Positions 40,055-47,693 of a stretch of DNA of 47,693 bases are shown here, in pieces (the first letter of the stretch is position 1; each line of letters begins with the position of its first letter). The notes under the pieces are model-generated. The model saw only the letters and a program-made list of their open reading frames with translations, was not told the DNA's origin and did not search any database. A program made the position numbers and the translations under genes. The stretch is taken from the sequence record SRR20825006_962. The stretch is one strand, 5' to 3'.

Positions 40055-41230
40055 ATGAATAAGAACTTGCATGATGACACGCTGTGCTTGGACAGGATTC
40101 TGGATAACAATCAAGAATTCAATAGTCTGGTCACACCTGTGTACAGGGCCTCCACCATCGTCTTTCCGACTGTCGAAAAATACAATAATCGTCGGGAACA
40201 ACTCCTCGATGGATTTTCCTATGGTCATTACGGAACCCCTACGTCCCGTGAACTGGAGTTGAGAGTATCGCTGTTGGAAGAATCGAAGAAGACTGTGCTT
40301 GTTCCCTCTGGCATGGCAGCAATTACTCTCACTTCTTTTGCGGCGGCTAACCCTGGTCAGAAAATTCTTTTTCCTGATAGTGCCTACGATACTGTTCGAG
40401 CATTTACCGGGAATTTACTGAAGCCACTGGGCATTCATGCAGATTTTTACGATCCTTTGATTGGAGAAGAGATCGCAGAGCTTCTGGATGATGATGTTGC
40501 GCTCGTTTGGGTAGAGTCTCCGGGATCATTCAGTTTAGAGATTCAAGATATTCCCGCGATTTGTAAAGCTGCCCATGCAAAAGGTATACTTGTGGCAGCG
40601 GATAATACCTGGGCGACCCCGTTACGTTGCAAGCCTCTAAACCTTGGCGTGGATATTTCTATCAATTCAATATCCAAGTATTTTGCTGGTCACTCCGATG
40701 TTGTGATGGGGTCAATATCGATCCGTGATGACAATCTGCATGAGCGGATTAAAACCCTCAGTCGCTACTTTGGCTATGGGGTTCATGCGGATGCGGCCAG
40801 TCTCGTCCTCAGGGGAATGGAAACCCTGGCAATAAGATTGGATCGCTCGGAACAGAGTGCATTGGAGCTTGCCCGATGGCTGCATGGATGCAGCTGTGTC
40901 GCTGAAGTTCGTCACCCCGCGTTTGAGACGCATCCGGGGCATGAGTTCTGGAAACGGGACTATTCAGGTTCAACGGGGCTTTTCAGTATAAAACTTATTC
41001 CGGCGGCCCTTCCTCATTTTGCTAGGGGGGTAGAAGCCCTGCGGTATTTCAAAATCGGGTCGAGTTGGGGGGGGACGCACAGCGTCATCGCACCTCTGAT
41101 AGGAACGCCCCTCCGGACAGAGCGTCCGTGGGATGGTGTAGGTCCTGTCGCAAGAGTGAACATTGGTCTTGAGAATGTTGAGGACCTTAAGAAGGACTTC
41201 AGAACCGCCCTGACTATTTGGGGAGGCTAG
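40055..41230 (+). CDS. metC: Cystathionine beta-lyase-like PLP enzyme (start could be 40016)
   Basis: PVYRASTIVF, YGHYGTPT, PSGMAA, ESPGS, DNTWATP, SKYFAGHSD, IGSSWGG. Confidence 0.85.
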   Translation: MNKNLHDDTLCLDRILDNNQEFNSLVTPVYRASTIVFPTVEKYNNRREQLLDGFSYGHYGTPTSRELELRVSLLEESKKTVLVPSGMAAITLTSFAAANPGQKILFPDSAYDTVRAFTGNLLKPLGIHADFYDPLIGEEIAELLDDDVALVWVESPGSFSLEIQDIPAICKAAHAKGILVAADNTWATPLRCKPLNLGVDISINSISKYFAGHSDVVMGSISIRDDNLHERIKTLSRYFGYGVHADAASLVLRGMETLAIRLDRSEQSALELARWLHGCSCVAEVRHPAFETHPGHEFWKRDYSGSTGLFSIKLIPAALPHFARGVEALRYFKIGSSWGGTHSVIAPLIGTPLRTERPWDGVGPVARVNIGLENVEDLKKDFRTALTIWGG

Positions 41231-41279
41231 TATTCCCGGCGAGCTGGATTCTTCTGAAACTAAAAGAAAGGAATGTAAT

Positions 41280-42314
41280 ATGCGTATTAAATCGACAGGC
41301 ACGTTGATGATGAGCGTGTTACTCGCGGCGGGGGCTCTTATGAGTTCCCAGGGCGCCAGTGCTCAGGGACTCGTCGATAAAATCAGGGATCGTGGGTATG
41401 TGAATTGCGCCGGCAGTCAGGGGGTTCCCGGGTTGTCCCGCCCCGACGAAAAAGGTGTTTGGCGCGGGTTTGACTCAGATGTGTGTCGGGCCATCGCCGT
41501 CACGATCCTTGGTGACAAGGATAGAGTTCGTTTCGTTCCCCTTAACGCAGCGAAGCGCCTGCCTGCGGTACAGACTGGTGAAATCGATATACTCTCGCGC
41601 ACCACGACCCTGACTTATGAACGCGATCTTGCCGTAAGGTTCGTCGGCGTAAGCCTTTATGACAGTGATGCTGTGCTCGTTCGTAAGGAGCTTGATATTA
41701 AGGTCAATGAGGATTTCGAGGGACTTACCTTCTGCCTCCAGGGTGGAGGAAGCCTTACAGAGAAGGCTTTGGATGAACTCCAGGAAATGGCGCAGATAGA
41801 CTTTGAACGGGTATATTTCGATTCTACCATTACGGCCCGCGATTCATATCTTGCCGGACGCTGTGATGCCTATGTAACCGATGGCCTTGCTGCGTGGGGT
41901 CAAAGAGCGGCTGTCGCGAAAAATCCTGAAGACCATGACGTTATTTACATTGGTTACTCGGTTGAGCCGAATGCCATTGGTATCCCGCGTGGTGATGACC
42001 GGCTGTTCGATATAGTTCGCTGGACCTTGAATGCTCTTATCTGGGCCGAGGCCAATGGAATTACCAGCGAAAATGTAGATAGTTTCCTTGAATCTGATCG
42101 TAGCGAAATTCGTCGTGTGCTCGGTATGGAGCCTGGATTTGGCGCTAAAATGGGTGTCAGTGACAAATGGGCTTACAACGTGATCAAACAGATCGGCAAT
42201 TATGGGGAAATCTGGGATCGCAATCTTGGAAAGCGCAGCCCACTCAAGGCCGATCGTCGTTGGAATAAGCTTTTCAGCGAAGACGGCTTGCTGTTTCCAC
42301 TCCCTTGGGATTGA
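41280..42314 (+). CDS. aapJ: Amino-acid ABC transporter substrate-binding protein, AapJ/BztA-like
   Basis: GFDSDVCRAIA, GEIDILSRTTT, GRCDAYVTD, QIGNYGEI. Confidence 0.82.
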   Translation: MRIKSTGTLMMSVLLAAGALMSSQGASAQGLVDKIRDRGYVNCAGSQGVPGLSRPDEKGVWRGFDSDVCRAIAVTILGDKDRVRFVPLNAAKRLPAVQTGEIDILSRTTTLTYERDLAVRFVGVSLYDSDAVLVRKELDIKVNEDFEGLTFCLQGGGSLTEKALDELQEMAQIDFERVYFDSTITARDSYLAGRCDAYVTDGLAAWGQRAAVAKNPEDHDVIYIGYSVEPNAIGIPRGDDRLFDIVRWTLNALIWAEANGITSENVDSFLESDRSEIRRVLGMEPGFGAKMGVSDKWAYNVIKQIGNYGEIWDRNLGKRSPLKADRRWNKLFSEDGLLFPLPWD

Positions 42315-42353
42315 TCCGTTTCAGGCCATCCCAACAGAAAAGCGGAATTACTG

Positions 42354-43496
42354 ATGCTGAATGACGTTCGTATAAGATCTGCCGTGGTTCAAACTACCGT
42401 TGTCGCGATTGTTCTTGGCGTAATTTATCTTATGGCGATGACGGCTAGCGAGAACCTCCTGCAAAGAGGCATCCCGCTTGGGCTTGAGTTCTTGCAGTAC
42501 AGGGCAGGTTTCACGATTTCCGAGTCTCTTTTGCCCTATGAGACGAGCGACTTATATATCTGGGCTGCGGTCGTCGGCATCGGAAATACGCTTTTCGTCT
42601 GGTTCGTCGTGGCGGTGATGTCGACGGTTTTGGGCACTTTGCTGGGAGTTGCGAGGCTCAGTGAGAATCCACTTGTTTCTGGACTGTCGCGTGTTTGGGT
42701 TGAGAGTGCTCGAAATACCCCGCCGATTCTGATGCTGATTTTTCTGTACAGTGCTTGGTGGGTGGTGTTGCCATCAGCACGGCAAGCTCTCGGGTTGGGG
42801 CAGGATGTGTATTTATCCATCCGAGGGCTTGTTTTCCCGAGTGTCTCGTTAGGTTGGGGCACTGCGGCTTCTGTTGTGGCCATTGTCATATCAATAGCTG
42901 CACTGTTTGCTGCAAGACAGTTGGCAAAGAGAAAACATGCGCAGACAGGAGTGCGTCCGCCTTACGTACCAGTTGTCTTTGCGGCAATTTTAACGGCCTT
43001 TTGCGTGGCGCTCTTTTTCTCAAGAGCAGGTCTTCTGATTGACCGCCCAGTCTTCCAGCGGACAAATTTCCGAGGTGGAATTACGGTTACACCAGAGCTG
43101 ATCACGATCATTCTAGGTCTGACCTATTACACTACCGGGTTTGTGGCGGAAATTGTCCGATCGGGCATCCTCGCGGTCCACAAGGGCCAATGGGAGGCGG
43201 CCAGGGCATTAGGCCTGAGAGAAGGCAAGGTGCTGCAACTAGTCATAATCCCTCAAACGATGAGGGTAATATTGCCTCCAATGACGAGCCAATACATCAA
43301 CCTTGTGAAAAACACTACGCTCGCTATTGCGGTAGGTTATCCGGATTTCATGATGATTGTAACGACGATAATAAATCGAACCAGCCACGCTATTGAAGGT
43401 GTTGTGTTGATCATTCTGGGGTATTTGCTGATCAACCTGTCACTTTCCGCTGCTCTTAATTGGTATAATGCCCGTGTGGGAAGGGTGGAGCGTTAA
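42354..43496 (+). CDS. aapQ: Amino-acid ABC permease, AapQ-like
   Basis: GVARLS.N, RNTP, AEIVRSGI..V.KGQWEAA.ALGL, KNTTLAIAVGYPD. Confidence 0.82.
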   Translation: MLNDVRIRSAVVQTTVVAIVLGVIYLMAMTASENLLQRGIPLGLEFLQYRAGFTISESLLPYETSDLYIWAAVVGIGNTLFVWFVVAVMSTVLGTLLGVARLSENPLVSGLSRVWVESARNTPPILMLIFLYSAWWVVLPSARQALGLGQDVYLSIRGLVFPSVSLGWGTAASVVAIVISIAALFAARQLAKRKHAQTGVRPPYVPVVFAAILTAFCVALFFSRAGLLIDRPVFQRTNFRGGITVTPELITIILGLTYYTTGFVAEIVRSGILAVHKGQWEAARALGLREGKVLQLVIIPQTMRVILPPMTSQYINLVKNTTLAIAVGYPDFMMIVTTIINRTSHAIEGVVLIILGYLLINLSLSAALNWYNARVGRVER

Positions 43497-43499
43497 GTC

Positions 43500-44585
43500 A
43501 TGTTCACCACCGGATTAGATGGAATTAGACAGTCTATACGCCATTTGAAGGCAAAGTATCCCTTGTTCGAAAAACTATTCGGCACGCCTTTGAATTGTTT
43601 TCTGACGGGTTTTGTTGCCTGGTTTCTTTATACTATCCTGCCGCCTTTTCTAGGTTGGGCGGTTGTTGATGCAGCCTTCTTTCCAGCAGTTCCTGCTTCA
43701 TGTGACACTGCCTCGGGCGCTTGCTGGAGCTTTGTCATAGCCAAATCGCGCCAGATTTTTCTGGGCGTTTATCCTTACGACGATCAGTGGCGGCCAATAC
43801 TTGTCTGCGTAATGATCCTGGCGCTGCTCATCTATTCCGTTCGTCCAAGAAACTGGCATAACAAGCTGATCCTGGCTTGGGCGTGTGCGCTGGTAGCAAT
43901 AATGGTTCTTATGCGTGGCGGAGTGTTCGGGCTTTCCTATGTGCCCACGGCCAAATGGGGCGGATTGCCGGTTACGCTTATACTTACGGTTGTTGCTATT
44001 GGAGCAGCATTCCCATTATCAATTTTGCTGGCTCTTGCGCGACGCTCGGAAATGCCGGCGGTGAGGATTATCAGTGTTGTCTTTATCGAGATCATAAGGG
44101 CGACACCTCTTCTCAGCCTTCTCTTTATCGCGTCGATCATGTTGCCAATTTTCCTCCCCGAAGCACTGCTGCCGGACAAATTTGTACGCGCTCTTGTATC
44201 CCTGCTTCTATTCGCGTCGGCGTACTTGGCCGAGGTTATCAGGGGGGGCTTACAGGCAATCCCGAAGGGCCAGTTTGAAGCATCTGATGCACTGGGTTTG
44301 GCTTACTGGAGGAAGCAACGTCTTATTATCCTGCCCCAAGCTATTCGTATCGTAATCCCTTCGCTGGCGAATACTGTGATCGTAATGATCAAGAATACCA
44401 GTCTGATCATGGTAATTGGCCTTTTCGATATGATCAGTTCGGGGCGCGCGGCCTTGGCTGACCCGGAATGGCGGTCTCCTGCCGTCGAAACTTACCTGGT
44501 CATCAGCATTGTCTACTTCCTGCTCAGCTTTTCTTTTGCCCGTTTCGCTGATTTCCTTGAGCGTAGAAACAAAGGTGCTTCATGA
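43500..44585 (+). CDS. aapM: Amino-acid ABC permease, AapM-like
   Basis: GACW, G.YP...[27 protein letters not shown]. Confidence 0.82.
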   Translation: MFTTGLDGIRQSIRHLKAKYPLFEKLFGTPLNCFLTGFVAWFLYTILPPFLGWAVVDAAFFPAVPASCDTASGACWSFVIAKSRQIFLGVYPYDDQWRPILVCVMILALLIYSVRPRNWHNKLILAWACALVAIMVLMRGGVFGLSYVPTAKWGGLPVTLILTVVAIGAAFPLSILLALARRSEMPAVRIISVVFIEIIRATPLLSLLFIASIMLPIFLPEALLPDKFVRALVSLLLFASAYLAEVIRGGLQAIPKGQFEASDALGLAYWRKQRLIILPQAIRIVIPSLANTVIVMIKNTSLIMVIGLFDMISSGRAALADPEWRSPAVETYLVISIVYFLLSFSFARFADFLERRNKGAS

Positions 44586-45382
44586 AAAATCAACAACAAT
44601 CCAATGGCTCACTGAAACAGGGGGCGGAAGCTTCTTCTGGCCCGGTCGATATCAATGCCGTTGAAATCCATCAGGTTAACAAGTGGTTCGGTGAATACCA
44701 TGCGCTGCGTAATGTATCGCTTGATGTCGGGCGTGGTGAGAGACTGGTTATCTGCGGCCCGTCGGGTTCAGGAAAGTCTACTCTCATCCGGTGCATTAAT
44801 CGTCTGGAACGTCATGATAACGGTACGATTACGGTGAATGGCATTGAGCTTACGGAAGATCTCAAACGGATTGAGGAGATCCGCAGGGATGTTGGGATGG
44901 TCTTTCAGAGTTTTAACTTATTTCCTCATTTGACCGTTCTGGAAAACTGCACGTTGGCTCCGACCTGGGTGAGAAAAATGCCAAAAGCCGAAGCGAATGA
45001 TCTTGCGATGGAGTTTCTTCATCGAGTGAGGATTCCTGAGCAGGCGTCAAAGTATCCAGGACAACTCTCCGGCGGGCAGCAGCAGAGGGTGGCCATCGCC
45101 CGGGCGCTTTGCATGAATCCAAAGATCATGCTGTTTGATGAGCCGACCTCAGCCCTTGATCCGGAAATGGTGAAGGAGGTTCTGGATACCATGGTGTCCC
45201 TGGCGGAAGACGGCATGACAATGCTCGTCGTCACCCACGAAATGGGCTTCGCTCGTCAAGCGGCTGACAAGGTAATTTTCATGGATGAGGGCCAAGTGCT
45301 GGAAATTCAAAAGCCGAACGAGTTTTTCGATAATCCACAACATGCCCGTACCAAGGCGTTTTTGGATCAGATACTTCACTAA
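44582..45382 (+). CDS. aapP: Amino-acid ABC ATPase, AapP-like
   Basis: [35 protein letters not shown]. Confidence 0.9.
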   Translation: MKNQQQSNGSLKQGAEASSGPVDINAVEIHQVNKWFGEYHALRNVSLDVGRGERLVICGPSGSGKSTLIRCINRLERHDNGTITVNGIELTEDLKRIEEIRRDVGMVFQSFNLFPHLTVLENCTLAPTWVRKMPKAEANDLAMEFLHRVRIPEQASKYPGQLSGGQQQRVAIARALCMNPKIMLFDEPTSALDPEMVKEVLDTMVSLAEDGMTMLVVTHEMGFARQAADKVIFMDEGQVLEIQKPNEFFDNPQHARTKAFLDQILH

Positions 45383-45446
45383 CCCAAGTTTCGAGTATGG
45401 ATGTCTCTTTATAAACGTGAATTTCTGGGAACAATTGAGGATCAAA

Positions 45447-45788
45447 ATGAAGCCACATTTAAGTCAATCTGTTGTCGTCGGTGATATGCTTCTAACATCG
45501 GGTCAGCTTGCTATTCGTTCTGATGGTACTTTCAGTTCGAAGTGTTCAGAGCAGACCGTTGAGTGTTTAGCGAAAATTGAAGCATTGTTAGAGGAGCACG
45601 GTCTCTCTCGTTATGACGTTGTGAAAACGACTGTTTGGCTAAAGCATGCGAAGGATTTTGCGGAATATAATACTGCTTACGCCGGCTTTTTTGGTGAATA
45701 TAAGCCAGCGCGTTCTTCTGTGGTTGCCGAGCTGGCTTTCCCGGATGCTCTTATTGAGATCGAGGCCATAGCGAAACTACGAACGTAG
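45447..45788 (+). CDS. RidA/YjgF-family enamine deaminase
   Basis: LTSGQL, VVKTTVWL, PARSSV, IEIEAIA; RBS GAGG before ATG 45447. Confidence 0.88.
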   Translation: MKPHLSQSVVVGDMLLTSGQLAIRSDGTFSSKCSEQTVECLAKIEALLEEHGLSRYDVVKTTVWLKHAKDFAEYNTAYAGFFGEYKPARSSVVAELAFPDALIEIEAIAKLRT

Positions 45789-45833
45789 AGAAAACGAATT
45801 CACCGGACGTAAACTCGTTGACCTGGCAAGAGG

Positions 45834-45865
45834 AAATGACCCGGCAGTGATGCCGGGTCATTTTG
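45834..45865 (+). terminator. Rho-independent terminator
   Basis: AAATGACCCGGCA-GTGA-TGCCGGGTCATTTT. Confidence 0.85.
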
Positions 45866-46134
45866 TTGCGCGGCGGGAACGGGGTGCTTTTTGAGATTTC
45901 GCATTTTTGCGTTCAGTCGTCCTCTCCTCCCGTCTTTAGTAAGCGGCGCTTTTTCCCCGCCTTCCTTGTGAGCGTTTGATCTGCGACATGGTGTTTCCGT
46001 GATTGCAGGGAATGATTTTGTCCATGGGAGGCCATATGGAGCTACAGCGTGAAAGTGATGTCGTTTCGCTGTCCGTCTTCAAAGAAAGTTGGAACTTTTC
46101 AATCGCAAAACAAGAGGCTGTTTGGGTTCCTTGG

Positions 46135-46430
46135 TTACCGCGCCTCGTTGTTTGGTTGTGGCTTTGTAAATTCTGTAGCAAGAGGTGCCATTGTCGGAAT
46201 TCCTACCTCCCGCCAAACGACCTCGCCAGAATCGTCGGTTTTTTCTCGCAATAGGAAGAACATCCAGACCCGAGAAGAAAGGCAATATTTTTAGCGTTCA
46301 ATGATTCTGATAGTGCATTTCTAACGATTGTGGCGCCTTCAGGCCATTCCAAAAGCTTCTCTTCGCTCTCGTTGCCTCGCAAGAACGTGAATGTTAATTT
46401 TGGTGGCTGTTTTCCTTTCTGGTCGGCCAA
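46135..46430 (-). pseudogene. SIR2-like (defence NADase-type) gene remnant
   Basis: LNAKNIAFLLGSGCSS, then after a frameshift EVGIPTMAPLATEF and a stop. Confidence 0.65.
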
Positions 46431-47123
46431 AGTAGACCCCTTTCTATATGAGCTTCTCTAAATGTATTGTTTTGCTAAAGTTGAGGCATCCGAGCGAAAT
46501 TACCTAGTCGACGCTTACCTCATATTTACAACTCGCTTCGAAATTGGGTCGCCCTACAGATAGGTCCCACCCATTGCCGTTAGTGCTTTCGATCAACTGC
46601 ATTCGTTCAAGCTGGGGATAGATTTTTGTGGCGGTCTGCGTTCTTCTTCTTGTCTGCAGCAGTACAATTGTGCGAAGCAGCCGTCGCCGGTGTCGATGGA
46701 AGGGAACAGGACAAAAGCGCTGCAAGTAAAACCCTGATCATGATACCCCTACATGAAGCGATATTTCACCAAATCCAACTAATACTGGTTTTCAATATAC
46801 TATTTTTGATTGACTTGGAAGGGATCAAAAGGTGAACATAAACCACTGAGGGGCAAACCAAACGACATCGGCGCATCGTTTCATGCGGGTGATAGGCTAC
46901 TGTCAATGAGGAAAACTGAGAATCCGGTGGCAAACTTGGAAGCCCATTCCAACGTGAAGAAATCCCTCATGACAGTATTGCGAGAAAAATAACCTCCATT
47001 GGTCCCCTAATCCGAGCCGGTCGAAAGCACGCAGAGGCAAAGTGGCGTGTTACTCTGACACATCTGGAAGGCTCTGAACATCAGAACACAATTATTGAGT
47101 CCCCTTCGGGGTACAGCTCAGAT

Positions 47124-47666
47124 TTGAGGGTTGGTTCGGTTTGGGAGGCTGGTTTTATGCGTCAGCCGATGGGACGTCACCCACAAACACTAAAGATCAG
47201 AGTGGACTGCTCTCAGCAAACGATATGGTACCGTAAAGTGCGTGGTGACAAAGTAGGTGGTGCCATTCGATTTGTGGCAGGCCGAAGTGACGGTCTGAAT
47301 GAGCCGCCTTACGTTGTTTTGCCGATTCAAATGTACCACGGATGTGCTTGGGCAGCTATTCGCTGTAGCGAGCTTTTTCGAGCTTTTTTTGGTACGAGCG
47401 TACCTTTGGGAAGGTATGCATTTGATTTTACCAGTGAAGGTGACAACCCACATCTCTTCGATATTAACCGAACAGGTTTGAATCGTGAAGGAGTGTTTCA
47501 TTTCAGGCACACAGCAAATGTAACTGCCGAAGAGGCAGCATTTGTCGCGAAGATGATCTTTATGAAGCCAACAAGAGAGGCGTTATGCAAACTATCGGCA
47601 TCCGCCCGCCGTGCATCTGTGCAGGGGACAGATTGTTCCCCATCAGCGCCTATGAGACAGATTTGA
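47124..47666 (+). CDS. Hypothetical protein (start uncertain)
   Basis: 180-codon ORF, no recognised motif. Confidence 0.35.
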   Translation: MRVGSVWEAGFMRQPMGRHPQTLKIRVDCSQQTIWYRKVRGDKVGGAIRFVAGRSDGLNEPPYVVLPIQMYHGCAWAAIRCSELFRAFFGTSVPLGRYAFDFTSEGDNPHLFDINRTGLNREGVFHFRHTANVTAEEAAFVAKMIFMKPTREALCKLSASARRASVQGTDCSPSAPMRQI

Positions 47667-47693
47667 GATATTGTTAAAGGAGGATTTTGGTCT

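Noticed and set aside
45285-45446. N-terminal extension of the RidA ORF
   Set aside because: Overlaps aapP; a better start with an RBS lies at 45447.

Overview
Probably an alphaproteobacterial chromosome (inferred from the rpoD, flagellin and aap sequences). Bases 1-4.69 kb are core-like: the rpoD 3' end, an aspartyl protease, a flagellin, an M18 aminopeptidase and two PspB-like genes. At about 4691 a tRNA-Ile-type gene breaks off in its D-loop, and a mosaic accessory island begins that runs to the end of the window. The island opens with an att-like segment (13-bp inverted arms around an IHF consensus) and a complete, differently encoded tRNA(CAT), probably Ile2. Next come a Gamma-Mobile-Trio-like recombinase trio, a relic cap2'-cap3 pair, a 4-unit array of 23-bp palindromes and an XRE gene. 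These are followed by a type II CBASS with a divergently encoded Cap15-like effector, a secreted nuclease and transposon debris. A metal region follows: a ZnuD-like receptor, HupE/UreJ, czcCBA and nreAB. Three of its units start with a His-rich, Pro-tailed leader ORF; two of these share a covarying hairpin over the next gene's ribosome-binding region, suggesting metal-sensing ribosome-stalling attenuators. A 2,971-bp mini-Tn7-like element with a TCTGG target duplication cuts the His-rich tail off nreB. The window ends with a LysR/TBDR/metC/aapJQMP/ridA cluster and a SIR2 pseudogene. All calls come from motif recognition by eye; no database searches were run.
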